Part shown: piece after piece, positions 9,404 to 18,754 of the stretch
Layout of the letters: each line of letters begins with the position of its first letter
Numbering within the stretch: the stretch's first letter is position 1
Origin: Candidatus Omnitrophota bacterium
Lineage (GTDB): Bacteria; Ratteibacteria; UBA8468; B48-G9; JAFGKM01
Assembly: GCA_023819375.1 (NCBI GenBank)
Contig: JAMWDI010000004.1
Coordinates: 130,190-194,189 of the forward strand
Direction of reading: 5' to 3'
Length of the DNA stretch: 64,000 nucleotides
Notes under the pieces: generated by a model
What the model saw: only the letters and a program-made list of their open reading frames with translations
Databases searched by the model: none
What the model was told of the DNA's origin: nothing
Position numbers and translations under genes: made by a program

Positions 9404-10906
9404 TTATCTTTTAATTCTTATTTCATCTTCTCCATCTTTTGTTTCTACAACAAACTCAGCATCTCTTGGAATATCTTGAGGACTTCCTTTTACATAACAT
9501 AGTGGCTCTTTATTTAAATTTATTCCTTCTTTTATAAGTTTTTCTCTTAAAATTTCTGTATCAAGTTTTCTTGGCGAAATATTTTCTTTTATTGAAAGAG
9601 CAGACGCAGTTCCAGCAGCATGTCCCATAGTTATACATGTCATTATCAGTCGTGTTCCTGACTGTGCTTCAAAATCAGTTGAAATACATCTACCTGCAAC
9701 AAGAAGATTATCTATTTTTTTAGGAATAAGACATCTATAAGGAATTTCATAATACTGGCCTGGTTTTAAGTATGCTCTATATTTCCCTTTTGGATTATTT
9801 TTTACACAACATATTCTTCCATCTTCTCTTTCTTTATCTGTACAAAAAGCAGGTTCAATTGGTTGAGATAAATGAGTATGTTTTATATGAGGAAGATCAT
9901 CTATTGGATTATGTATATCAAAACCATGAGTGTCTCTTGCTATTGCATCTTTAAATTTTCTTGCAAGAGCTATATCTTTTCCTGTTAATTTATATTCACC
10001 AACTATCCTCCTTGACTCTCTAATCCCCAAAATTGATGCAGTATAACTTAAAAATGCCTTTTCAAATCCAATTACATTTTCTCTATAAAATTCAACAAGT
10101 TTCTGTATCTGGTCTCTCTGTTCAATTACTATTCTTGTTAAATCTTCTGCATCTGTTGTTCTACATTTTCTACTATGGGCAGTACACACATATACTTCTG
10201 TTTTTTCTTCTGGTCTATTTGGGAATGATCCTAAATATCCTTTTTCTACAAGTCGTGGCAATTTCCCTTCTTTTACTGCTTTTTCTATTTTCATCTGAAC
10301 AGTTGAGTAAAAGTCAGATGAAGAAAATGAATTTAAATCAACATTTGACATAACAAAATCAAGAGAAACTGCTTGATTATAACCATCCATCAAATCCCAT
10401 CCAGTCTCAACAGGAACTCCTGCAAAATATGAAATTTCTGCATCTCCTGTACAATCAATAACTCTTTTTGCTAAAATTGCACTTCTTCCTGAAATATTTT
10501 GAATTATTACTCCTTTTATTTCATTATTTTCAACTATTGAATCAATAACATAAGTCCAGTATAAAATTTTAACACCTGACTCAATTGCCATTTTTTCCAT
10601 GATATATTTTGTTATTTCAGGATCACAAATTCTATTTTCTCCAAGTCCTCTTTTTTCCTTTAACCTTTCAAGCAATTCTTTACCAATTCCTTCAGGATAA
10701 CCAGCCATATAACATACAAGACCTAAAGTTACAAGTCCACCAAGAGCACCATATTTTTCAACAAGCATTGTATTTGCTCCATTTCTACTTGCACTTATAG
10801 CAGCACCAAATCCAGCAGTTCCTCCACCAACTACAAGAACATCAACTTCATATTTAACTTTTACTTCTTCATTAAACTTTATTTTTCCTCCTTCTATCTT
10901 TACCAT
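9404..10906 (-). CDS. FAD-dependent oxidoreductase (FAD_oxidored / HI0933-related family)
   Basis: VLVVGGGTAGFGAAISASRNGANTMLVEKYGALGG is a Rossmann GxGxxG motif. It is a paralog of the protein at 35030-36385, with a shared C-terminal RCIS...GTR/IRVM.TC...GHAAG. Confidence 0.7.
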   Translation of the reverse strand: MVKIEGGKIKFNEEVKVKYEVDVLVVGGGTAGFGAAISASRNGANTMLVEKYGALGGLVTLGLVCYMAGYPEGIGKELLERLKEKRGLGENRICDPEITKYIMEKMAIESGVKILYWTYVIDSIVENNEIKGVIIQNISGRSAILAKRVIDCTGDAEISYFAGVPVETGWDLMDGYNQAVSLDFVMSNVDLNSFSSSDFYSTVQMKIEKAVKEGKLPRLVEKGYLGSFPNRPEEKTEVYVCTAHSRKCRTTDAEDLTRIVIEQRDQIQKLVEFYRENVIGFEKAFLSYTASILGIRESRRIVGEYKLTGKDIALARKFKDAIARDTHGFDIHNPIDDLPHIKHTHLSQPIEPAFCTDKEREDGRICCVKNNPKGKYRAYLKPGQYYEIPYRCLIPKKIDNLLVAGRCISTDFEAQSGTRLIMTCITMGHAAGTASALSIKENISPRKLDTEILREKLIKEGINLNKEPLCYVKGSPQDIPRDAEFVVETKDGEDEIRIKR

Positions 10907-13125
10907 TTTTTCTTCTCCCCTTTATACTTACAATTTCTTATACATTCTTCACAAATATTTAAATGCCTTTTTTGAACCCCTAATTTTAAATTCATTAAAT
11001 TTTCAATTAGTTTTCTGGTTTTATTTTTTGTAGGAACTTTAAAATCTACATTTATACCCATATATTTTGGCCCTTCTTTACCTATAAGTCCATATCTTTT
11101 AGCCCAATCACAAGAAAATTCATCAATTACAGGTATTTCAAAAATTTTATTTTCTATTTCAATTTTCACATTTTTTCTTTTTATTGCAGAGGTTGGGCAG
11201 TTTTTTATACATTCATAACAATCTTCACAAAAATTTTCACCATTATAAAGAGGATCATTTTCAAACTCAAAATCAGTTATTATACTAAAAAATCTCTGTC
11301 TTTGCCCAAATTCTTTAGTTATAGGTACTCCATTTTTTCCAATATATCCAAGTCCTGAAAGCAAAACAGAATAAGAATTACTTCTATTATCTGGCAAAAA
11401 CCCTCTTGAACTTAAAATTTTTGATGAAAGACCAGTTAAATCATAAGAATAAATTCCTTTATATCCACAATCATTTAATTTTTTTATAATTTTATAGGCA
11501 ATGTCTGTTAAAAGATTTAATGATTCAAATTGACTGAAAGCATAAGGTCCAACTGTTTCTGCAGGTGTTATTTTTGCTGTATCAAGACAAGCATCGGGAT
11601 AATGAAGTCCTATAACAATTACTGATTTTGCATCTTTTAAATAATCTTTTGGTTCTTTTAAATTAATTTTTTCTCTTTTAATTATAGGACTTATAGGTGC
11701 ATAAATGTGAGATATATCATATACCATTTCAACTTCTTCAGGCAAATTAAATTTTTTTAAAAATTCTTTTTTAAACTTCTCAAATCTATTGATGTTGAAA
11801 AATCCAACTAAATCTGCACCACATTCTTTACAGAAATTCCTAAATTTTTCTTTTTCAATTTTTTCTTTTTCAATTTTCCTTTTAATTTTAATTTCTTTTA
11901 GTTTTGCACTTACAAGGATTGTTGAGAAAATTGTATCTTCTTCCCATATCCCAATTTTTTGAGCGGTAAGATTATCATCTATCTTTGTTCCAGTTATTCC
12001 AGAATATCCATTTATATCAAAATAATGTGCAATATCAAAAGAGGCGTATTGTATTAATCTATGTTTTATATAATTTTCAATTTCTGTGTCATAATCTTTA
12101 GGTTTTTTTATTCCTATTGAAATTACTGAAGAAACATCTGGCAAATGTAATTTGGGATTTATTGAAAAATCATTTTTAAAGAAATTCACATTCTTTATAC
12201 AAAGGAAATCAATCAAATATTTATCAAAAATTTTCTTAATTTCCTCAATTTTTATTTCCTTCTTTTCCTTTTTTCTTCTTGGTGCTCTACAATAATTTTT
12301 ATCATAATATCTTTTACTTGGAACCATACAGAATTTTAGGCAACATCCTTCTTCTCCTGCAAAAAGTCCATATTTTTCAAGATTTTCAATTATTACATTC
12401 TCATCTATTTTTTCAGGTATTTTTAAAAATAGATTAAGACAGAAATTTTCAGCCCATCCACATCTCCATTTATTTGTATCTGGGAACTTAAATATTCTAC
12501 CATCTATTTCTATTTCATTTATTTTTTTGACTTCCTTTCTAAATGAATCTGTTGGACAATTTTTAACACATTCCATACATCTATCACATAATTTTTCTCC
12601 TTCATACATTGGATCTGGAATAAGTTCTGCTGATGTAATGATTGTAACAAGGCGAACCCTTGGTCCAAATTCTGGATGCAAAAATAAGCCACTCCATCCA
12701 ATTTCACCAAGTCCACAAGCAACAGCAGCATACCTGTGAGCAATGTCTGGAGCAAAATGTATTTTTAAATCCTTATATCCTTTATATCTCCAAATATTGC
12801 TTGAAACAATAGGAAGTGTATCATAACCTTTGTTTTCAAGAAATTTTGCCATTAAAAATGAAATATCATCAAGTTTTGGATTCATAACTGAACTTTGACT
12901 TCCATAAGGACCTATATTATGAGGAGTGGGCTCTCCACCAAGTTCAACACTGGCATCAAGATGATGGATACCGCAAACAATAACACTCTTCGCACTTGGC
13001 AATAAATCTTCTGGACTCATTCTTTTTGGAGCATTTTTAAATCTCTCAATACTTCCAATCCCTACTATATCTGCACCAAGTTTTTTTGCATATTCTTTAA
13101 CTTCTTTTGTTAAATTTTCATTCAT
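10900..13125 (-). CDS. Two-domain fusion of QueG / reductive-dehalogenase-like Fe-S modules (741 aa)
   Basis: N-terminal domain: ADIVGIGSIERFKNAP ... ACGLGEIGWSGLFLHPEFGPRVRLVTIITSAELIPD ... CDRCMECVKNCPTDS. C-terminal domain: ADLVGFFNINRFEKF ... SGLGYIGKNGVPITKEFGQRQRFFSIITDFEFENDP ... CEDCYECIKNCPTSAI. The C-terminal domain matches QueG AGLGWIGKN..ITPEFGS very closely. Confidence 0.65.
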   Translation of the reverse strand: MNENLTKEVKEYAKKLGADIVGIGSIERFKNAPKRMSPEDLLPSAKSVIVCGIHHLDASVELGGEPTPHNIGPYGSQSSVMNPKLDDISFLMAKFLENKGYDTLPIVSSNIWRYKGYKDLKIHFAPDIAHRYAAVACGLGEIGWSGLFLHPEFGPRVRLVTIITSAELIPDPMYEGEKLCDRCMECVKNCPTDSFRKEVKKINEIEIDGRIFKFPDTNKWRCGWAENFCLNLFLKIPEKIDENVIIENLEKYGLFAGEEGCCLKFCMVPSKRYYDKNYCRAPRRKKEKKEIKIEEIKKIFDKYLIDFLCIKNVNFFKNDFSINPKLHLPDVSSVISIGIKKPKDYDTEIENYIKHRLIQYASFDIAHYFDINGYSGITGTKIDDNLTAQKIGIWEEDTIFSTILVSAKLKEIKIKRKIEKEKIEKEKFRNFCKECGADLVGFFNINRFEKFKKEFLKKFNLPEEVEMVYDISHIYAPISPIIKREKINLKEPKDYLKDAKSVIVIGLHYPDACLDTAKITPAETVGPYAFSQFESLNLLTDIAYKIIKKLNDCGYKGIYSYDLTGLSSKILSSRGFLPDNRSNSYSVLLSGLGYIGKNGVPITKEFGQRQRFFSIITDFEFENDPLYNGENFCEDCYECIKNCPTSAIKRKNVKIEIENKIFEIPVIDEFSCDWAKRYGLIGKEGPKYMGINVDFKVPTKNKTRKLIENLMNLKLGVQKRHLNICEECIRNCKYKGEKKKW

Positions 13126-13874
13126 ATTTTATCTCCAAGTTTTAATGTAATTTCTTCACCTGCTTTTTTTAATTCATTTATAATTCTTTCTCTATTTCCT
13201 TTTCTAAACCTTACTGTTGGTAGATAAACACCAAGAGAGGCAATAATTTTTTTATCAGAACTGAAAATTGGAACTCCAATTGCTACTGTTCCTTCTTTTT
13301 CTATAATTTCAATTTTCCTTTTTCTTATTTTTTCAAATTCCTTTTTTAAATCTCTAAAATTTCTAATATTGTTCCAGGTTTCTTTGGGATATCCATTCTT
13401 TCTTATATACTCCTTAACCTCTTTTTCAGGTAAATATGAAAGCAGAATTCTTCCTGTTGCAGTTGAATAACAGGATGCTTTCTGGAACATATTCAAATTT
13501 ACATTTAAAAGATTATTTTCATAACTAACTTGTGCAATTGTATATCTTTCCCCCTTATAAAAAATACCAAGAACAACAGATTCTTTTATATTTTCTGCCA
13601 AATTTTTCATAACAGGTTCAGATATTTTAATTAGAAAATTTTTGCTTAAAAGAGGATAAAAAATATTTAATAATTTTTCAGAAATCCTATATTTTTTTGT
13701 ATTTTTGTCTTTCTCAAGGTATCCGAGAGAAAGTAATGTTGATAAAAGAGAGTGGGTTGTAGTAATTTTTAGATTTAAAAATTTTGAAATTTCTCCAACA
13801 CTTAAACCTTCATTTTCAGAATTTGAAATTATCTCTATTATTTTCATTATTTTTTCTACAACTTTTACTTTCAT
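13122..13874 (-). CDS. IclR-family transcriptional regulator
   Basis: I chose the start at MKVKVVEKIMKIIEIIS..GLSVGEISKFLNLKITTTHSLLSTLLSLGYLEKD, a winged HTH. An IclR-type effector domain follows. Its stop overlaps the start of the downstream gene (ATGA), so it heads the operon. Confidence 0.6.
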   Translation of the reverse strand: MKVKVVEKIMKIIEIISNSENEGLSVGEISKFLNLKITTTHSLLSTLLSLGYLEKDKNTKKYRISEKLLNIFYPLLSKNFLIKISEPVMKNLAENIKESVVLGIFYKGERYTIAQVSYENNLLNVNLNMFQKASCYSTATGRILLSYLPEKEVKEYIRKNGYPKETWNNIRNFRDLKKEFEKIRKRKIEIIEKEGTVAIGVPIFSSDKKIIASLGVYLPTVRFRKGNRERIINELKKAGEEITLKLGDKI

Positions 13875-13998
13875 TTTACGATATTGTCGTATTATTACAA
13901 TATTATCATAAAAATTTTTCTTGTCAAATTTTTTTCTCTTTTGGGTTAAAATATAATATCCAGATGGAATAAGGTATAATTTAGTAAAAGGAGATAAA

Positions 13999-14490
13999 AT
14001 GAGAAATTTATTTTTTCTTTTTTTTCTTTTTACACTTATGGGGTGTGCATCTAAAGAAGCAAAAAAAGCACCCGAGGTAGTATTTAATACAATTGATGGG
14101 AAAGTAATCAAAATAACAGATTATAAAGGAAAGAAAATTGTTTTAAATTTCTGGTCTGTTAATTGTTCTGCCTGTATAAGGGAAATACCAGAAATTGTGG
14201 ATTTTTATAATGAAAATAAGGAAAAAGTTGGAGTTATTAGTGTTGTTATTTTAAGTTCTAAAAAAGATGTTGAAGATTTGATAAAAAAATATAAAATAAA
14301 TTTTCCAATCTGTTTAGGTGATGAAAAAATTGCTGATTTATTTGGTGGAATAATATTTTTACCTACTACTTTTATAATTGACGAAGATGGATATATAAGA
14401 TTAAAGATAAATGGAGCGATAGGAAAAGTTGAATTGGAAAAAATTTTAAAATCTCTTGATTATAATGAGAAGGCCAAAAAAACAGAGTAA
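13999..14490 (+). CDS. TlpA/ResA-like thiol-disulfide oxidoreductase lipoprotein (thioredoxin fold)
   Basis: Lipobox LFTLMGCAS. LNFWSVNCSACIREIPEI carries a CxxC motif. SD AAAGGAG at 13987-13993. Confidence 0.7.
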   Translation: MRNLFFLFFLFTLMGCASKEAKKAPEVVFNTIDGKVIKITDYKGKKIVLNFWSVNCSACIREIPEIVDFYNENKEKVGVISVVILSSKKDVEDLIKKYKINFPICLGDEKIADLFGGIIFLPTTFIIDEDGYIRLKINGAIGKVELEKILKSLDYNEKAKKTE

Positions 14491-15120
14491 AACACCAATT
14501 GAAATTTCAATTTTTTCGTAATAATTTTTCATTTTATTCAAAAGTGAAGTCAATCCTTTTATGAATATAGAAAGAATTATAAAAGGTATTCCCATCCCAA
14601 AAGAATAAGAGAATAAAAGCAAAATTCCCCTTTTGACAGTTTTTTCCATTGAAGCAAGTATTAAAATTGAAGAAAGGACAGGTCCGACACAAGGAGTCCA
14701 GGCACCTGCAAGTCCCATTCCAAGTATAAATGCATTTAAATATCCAATATTTATTTTTTTAAATCTAAATCTTCTTATTTCATAAAATTTTCTGATTTTT
14801 AAAATGCCAATGATATGTAAACCAAAAATTATCATTAAAATTCCACCTATATATCTTAAAAAATTTTTTCCAGTCCCAATGAAATTACCTAAAAATGAAG
14901 CAGTCGCTCCAAGTGAAACAAAAACAGTTGTAAAACCAAGAACAAAGAGAAAACTTGGAAATAAGATTTTACTGTAAGAAATTTTTTTGTTTTTGAATTC
15001 TTCAATTGAATAACCTGTAATATAGGATAAATAAACAGGAATTAAAGGTAAAACGCAGGGACTGAAAAATGAAAGTAATCCACTGAAGAAACAGAAAAAT
15101 ACAGAGTAATTTTTAATCAT
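14446..15120 (-). CDS. ccdA: Cytochrome c-type biogenesis / disulfide-reductant transporter CcdA (DsbD transmembrane-domain family)
   Basis: FFSPCVLPLIPVYLSYITG and WTPCVGPVLSSIL are the two conserved CcdA Cys motifs in TM helices. Confidence 0.7.
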   Translation of the reverse strand: MIKNYSVFFCFFSGLLSFFSPCVLPLIPVYLSYITGYSIEEFKNKKISYSKILFPSFLFVLGFTTVFVSLGATASFLGNFIGTGKNFLRYIGGILMIIFGLHIIGILKIRKFYEIRRFRFKKINIGYLNAFILGMGLAGAWTPCVGPVLSSILILASMEKTVKRGILLLFSYSFGMGIPFIILSIFIKGLTSLLNKMKNYYEKIEISIGVLLCFFGLLIIIKRF

Positions 15121-15949
15121 TTTTAAGTAAAAATCTATTTAAAAAATGTGAAATACAAGATTGATCATTTGTATATTCAGAAACAAATTTTACAACTTTT
15201 TTCACTTTTTCTTTCGCATTTTTAGGAGCAACTGAAATTCCTGCAAAAAGAAGCATTTCAATATCATTTTCACCATCTCCAAATGCTATTATTTCATTTC
15301 TTTTTATTCCATAATATTTTGCAAGAACCTCAAGGCCTTTTCCCTTGTTAACTTCCTTTTTCATAAATTCAAGATATTCAGGGTTTGTTTTGACAATATT
15401 TAAAGAATTTCCAAAAATTTTTTTAAAATAATCATATTGATAATCCCTTGTTCTTGTTTCATCGGGATTTTCTGCATCTGTAATAAGTATTAATTTTGTT
15501 GGTTTTTTGTTTTTCATAATTTCAAGGTTTTCAATAAAATTATATTTTGCAGAGGTTTGTTTTGAATAAATTTCAGCATATTTTCTTAAAGATTCATCCT
15601 TTTGAGCATAAAGAATATCGTTGTAATAAAAGTTTAATAGAAATCTATTTTTAACGCAATAATCAATGATAAATCTTGAATATTTTAAAGGAACAGGTTT
15701 ATGATAGATTATTTTTCTTTTTTCCTTTTTACTCAATCTTACCATAGCCCCATTATAAACAATTAAAGGTGTATCTATTTCAAGAATTTCAGAATAGATT
15801 GAAACGCAATCTGTCATTCTTCCTGATGCAAGAGCAACAATTACTCCTTTTTGTGCAAATTTCTTTAAAGTTATTTTGTCTTCTTTACTTATTTTTCCTT
15901 TGCTATCTAATAAAGTTCCATCAAGGTCAATTGCAATTAATTTTATCAT
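15113..15949 (-). CDS. Cof-type HAD-IIB family hydrolase (sugar-phosphate phosphatase-like)
   Basis: MIKLIAIDLDGTLLDS (motif I DxDGT) ... ASGR ... GDGENDIEML (motif IV). Confidence 0.7.
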   Translation of the reverse strand: MIKLIAIDLDGTLLDSKGKISKEDKITLKKFAQKGVIVALASGRMTDCVSIYSEILEIDTPLIVYNGAMVRLSKKEKRKIIYHKPVPLKYSRFIIDYCVKNRFLLNFYYNDILYAQKDESLRKYAEIYSKQTSAKYNFIENLEIMKNKKPTKLILITDAENPDETRTRDYQYDYFKKIFGNSLNIVKTNPEYLEFMKKEVNKGKGLEVLAKYYGIKRNEIIAFGDGENDIEMLLFAGISVAPKNAKEKVKKVVKFVSEYTNDQSCISHFLNRFLLKND

Positions 15950-15973
15950 TTGGGATAATTATACATTACAAAT

Positions 15974-16002
15974 TTGAAATTACAAAAAATGTATTGTATA
16001 TT
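15974..16002 (+). promoter_or_regulatory. Candidate sigma70-like promoter upstream of parA-like: TTGAAA, 17 nt, TATATT
   Basis: TTGAAA at 15974-15979. TATATT at 15997-16002. Only 7 nt lie before the ATG at 16010, so the transcript may be leaderless. Confidence 0.3.
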
Positions 16003-16009
16003 TAATCAG

Positions 16010-16786
16010 ATGGAGATGAAAATTATTGCTTTTTCTAATCAAAAGGGTGGTACTGGCAAAACAACAATTTGTGTTAATCTTGCAGCAGGTCTTGTTAAAT
16101 TGAATGAGAGGGTTTTGATAATTGATCTTGATCCTCAGGGAAATTCAACAGTAAGTGTAGGTATAAATTTAAAGCCTGATGATTTAACAGTAAGAGAATT
16201 CATTCTTGGAGAGGCAAGGATTGAGGATGTTATGGTTGATAGTTATATGGCAGATCTTTCAATAATACCTTCTAATCCTGATCTTGCCCACGTTGAAATT
16301 GAGATTGCAAATAAAAGTAAAAATCAATTTTATTTAAAAAGAGCAATTGAAAATTCAAAAGAAGTATTAAAATCTTTTGATTACATTTTTATAGATTGTC
16401 CTCCATCTCTTTCAATTCTTACAATAAATGGGTTGTGTGCATCAAATTATGTTTTAATACCTGTTCTTGTAGATTACCTTTCACTACAAGGGCTTTCTAA
16501 TTTGCTTGAAACAATAGAGCAAGTAAAGAAAAAATTGAATCCAGGACTTGAAATTCTTGGAATTATCCCAAATATGCTTGATTATAGATTGAAAATTACA
16601 GAAGAAAGTTTGGAATTGTTGAAAGAAAATTTTAATGAGAAGGTTTTTAAAAATGGTATTAAAATTTGCAGTAGATTAAGAGAATCTCCGTCTTTTGGTA
16701 AAGCCATATTTGATTATGCCAGAAATTCACAGGCAGCAGTTGATTTTTTAAATCTGGCAAAAGAATTTAAAAGGAGATTAAAATGA
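16010..16786 (+). CDS. ParA/MinD-family (type Ib ParF-like) P-loop ATPase
   Basis: MEMKIIAFSNQKGGTGKTTICVNLAAGL is a deviant Walker A. IIDLDPQGNST follows. It has no N-terminal HTH. I chose the start at ATG 16010 rather than the track's TTG at 15974. ATG 16016 is an alternative. Confidence 0.7.
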   Translation: MEMKIIAFSNQKGGTGKTTICVNLAAGLVKLNERVLIIDLDPQGNSTVSVGINLKPDDLTVREFILGEARIEDVMVDSYMADLSIIPSNPDLAHVEIEIANKSKNQFYLKRAIENSKEVLKSFDYIFIDCPPSLSILTINGLCASNYVLIPVLVDYLSLQGLSNLLETIEQVKKKLNPGLEILGIIPNMLDYRLKITEESLELLKENFNEKVFKNGIKICSRLRESPSFGKAIFDYARNSQAAVDFLNLAKEFKRRLK

Positions 16787-16995
16787 AAAGATTGGGACCA
16801 CAGACGAAAAAATTATTTGAAATAAAAAAGAGTGAAGAAAAAGAAAGTAAAAAATTACAGCAAAAGACAAAAAAATATACTTTTATTCTTCCTGTAGATT
16901 TGATGAAAGAGGTTAAACATAAAGCAGTTGAAGAAGAAAAGACAATTTCCCAATTTGTTATTGATGCTCTGAAAAATTATCTGAAAATAACCTAA
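16783..16995 (+). CDS. Small ribbon-helix-helix (ParG/CopG-like) protein with a Lys-rich N-terminal tail
   Basis: YTFILPVDLMKEVKHKAVEEEKTISQFVIDALKNYL has a beta-strand, helix, helix pattern. It is 70 aa. ATGA overlap with parA-like. Confidence 0.55.
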   Translation: MKRLGPQTKKLFEIKKSEEKESKKLQQKTKKYTFILPVDLMKEVKHKAVEEEKTISQFVIDALKNYLKIT

Positions 16996-17035
16996 CTTGA
17001 CAGATTTTTATTTTGAAGGGTAAAATAAAGTTGCT

Positions 17036-18754
17036 ATGCCGACAAAGAGGGAAATTATTAATATTATCCAAAATGTAGGGCTGTGGGATAGAAAAAGTAT
17101 TGAATCTGCACTTGAGGAACAAGAAAGGACTGGTCAGCCATTAAGAGAGATTTTTCAGGGGAGGGGAATGCTTCCTTTTGGAGAAATAAGTCCTTCCTTT
17201 TATTTTCAACTTGGAATAGTTCAAAGAGAATTACCTTTAAGAGAAATCCCCCCAGAAGTAATAAGTATTCTTCCCCCTAAAGTAGTTAAACAACATAGAA
17301 TTGTTCCATGGGAAAAAAGAGAAGACACCCAAACACTTATTTTTGTTACAGATGATCCTATAAATATTCTTGCTGCTGATTATTTTAAAAAAATTGCTGG
17401 TATTGAAGGAATAAAAAATGTTGAGATTATTGTTACTTTTAAAGAAGAGATAGACCAGTTACTTGAAAAATATTATGGACAGGAAGAGATGGAAGATTTA
17501 ACTGCTATGCTTCAGGAGGCAAGCAGTGCTACAATAGATCTTGATTTGCCAAATATTGAAGAAGTTGAAGAAGATGAGGAAGCACTTGCTTTACAGGCAC
17601 CTGTTGTTAAAATTGTCAATTTGATATTTGTTGAAGCATTAAGAAGAAGAGCAAGTGATATACATCTTGAACCTCTTGAAAAAAAATTCAGAGTTAGATT
17701 TAGAATAGATGGTGTATTATATGAAATTGTTTCACCCCCAAAAAGAATAGAAAAGGCAGTAATAGCAAGAATAAAACTTATGTCAAAAATGGATATTGCA
17801 GAGAAACGTCTTCCACAGGATGGCAGAATAATGCTTGATATTGGTGGAAGACCGATTGATTTCCGAGTTTCAACATTGCCAGGGATTTATGGAGAAAGTG
17901 TTGTATTGAGAATTCTGGATAAAACAAGAATGCTTATAGGACTTGATAAACTTGGTTTCTTACCTGATGACCTTGAAAAATGGAATAGAATTTTACAATT
18001 TACAGGCGGTCTTGTTCTTGTTACAGGTCCAACAGGTTCGGGAAAAACAACGACTCTTTATGCTTCACTTCAAAAATTAAATACAATTGATAGGAAAATT
18101 ATGACAGTTGAAGAACCTGTTGAATATCAAATACCAGGAATAAACCAGACACCAGTTAATCCAGAAATAGGTTTAACTTTTGCAAATGTTTTAAGAGCAT
18201 TTTTAAGACAATCCCCAGATGTTATACTTGTTGGAGAAATTAGAGATAAAGAAACAGCAGATATTGCATTAAGAGCAGCATTAACAGGACATCTTGTATT
18301 TTCAACTTTACATACAAATGACGCTCCAAGTGCAATAACAAGATTAATTGATCTTGGAATGCCTCCATTTTTGGTTGCTTCTGCAGTTCAAGGAGTTATG
18401 GCTCAAAGATTGGTAAGAGTTTTGTGCCCATACTGTAAAGAAAAAATTGAACCAGATGAAAAGTTAAAAAGAGCACTTAAAATAAAAGAAGGGGAAGAAG
18501 TAAATGTTTGTCAACCTAAAGGATGTAATGAATGTGGATTTACAGGTTTTTATGGAAGAATTGGAATTTTTGAAATATTCATAATGAATGATGAATTGAG
18601 AGAACTCACTTTAAAAAGAGTTAGTGCTTCTGAATTGAGAGAAGCAGCAATAAAAGCAGGGATGAGAAGTATGTATGAAGACGGTATTTTAAAGGTAAAA
18701 ATGGGAATAACAACACTTGATGAAGTTATATCAGTTACAGGACAGGAGGAATAA
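17036..18754 (+). CDS. Type IV pilus / T2SS extension ATPase (PilB/GspE family), paralog 1
   Basis: GspE_N-like region. Walker A VTGPTGSGKTTTLYASL. C-terminal tetracysteine CPYCKEK...CNECGF. Asp box and His box are present. Confidence 0.8.
   Translation: MPTKREIINIIQNVGLWDRKSIESALEEQERTGQPLREIFQGRGMLPFGEISPSFYFQLGIVQRELPLREIPPEVISILPPKVVKQHRIVPWEKREDTQTLIFVTDDPINILAADYFKKIAGIEGIKNVEIIVTFKEEIDQLLEKYYGQEEMEDLTAMLQEASSATIDLDLPNIEEVEEDEEALALQAPVVKIVNLIFVEALRRRASDIHLEPLEKKFRVRFRIDGVLYEIVSPPKRIEKAVIARIKLMSKMDIAEKRLPQDGRIMLDIGGRPIDFRVSTLPGIYGESVVLRILDKTRMLIGLDKLGFLPDDLEKWNRILQFTGGLVLVTGPTGSGKTTTLYASLQKLNTIDRKIMTVEEPVEYQIPGINQTPVNPEIGLTFANVLRAFLRQSPDVILVGEIRDKETADIALRAALTGHLVFSTLHTNDAPSAITRLIDLGMPPFLVASAVQGVMAQRLVRVLCPYCKEKIEPDEKLKRALKIKEGEEVNVCQPKGCNECGFTGFYGRIGIFEIFIMNDELRELTLKRVSASELREAAIKAGMRSMYEDGILKVKMGITTLDEVISVTGQEE

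Noticed and set aside
12519-12755. Antisense and alternative-frame ORFs inside the double QueG-like gene (12519-12755 minus, 12527-12739 plus), and similar short ORFs inside pil genes (20702-21086, 21275-21657, 21750-22118)
   Set aside because: They are embedded in strongly supported long CDSs, have no RBS and have low-complexity products.
15974-16009. TTG-initiated N-terminal extension of the ParA-like ORF (MKLQKMYCIFNQ...)
   Set aside because: ParA family proteins begin immediately before the KGGxGKT Walker A. The extension overlaps a good -35/-10 pair, so I chose ATG 16010.
15950-16010. Possible parS/centromere iterons upstream of parA-like
   Set aside because: I found only short A/T-rich partial repeats (ATTACAAA twice). 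That is not convincing in 70% AT DNA.
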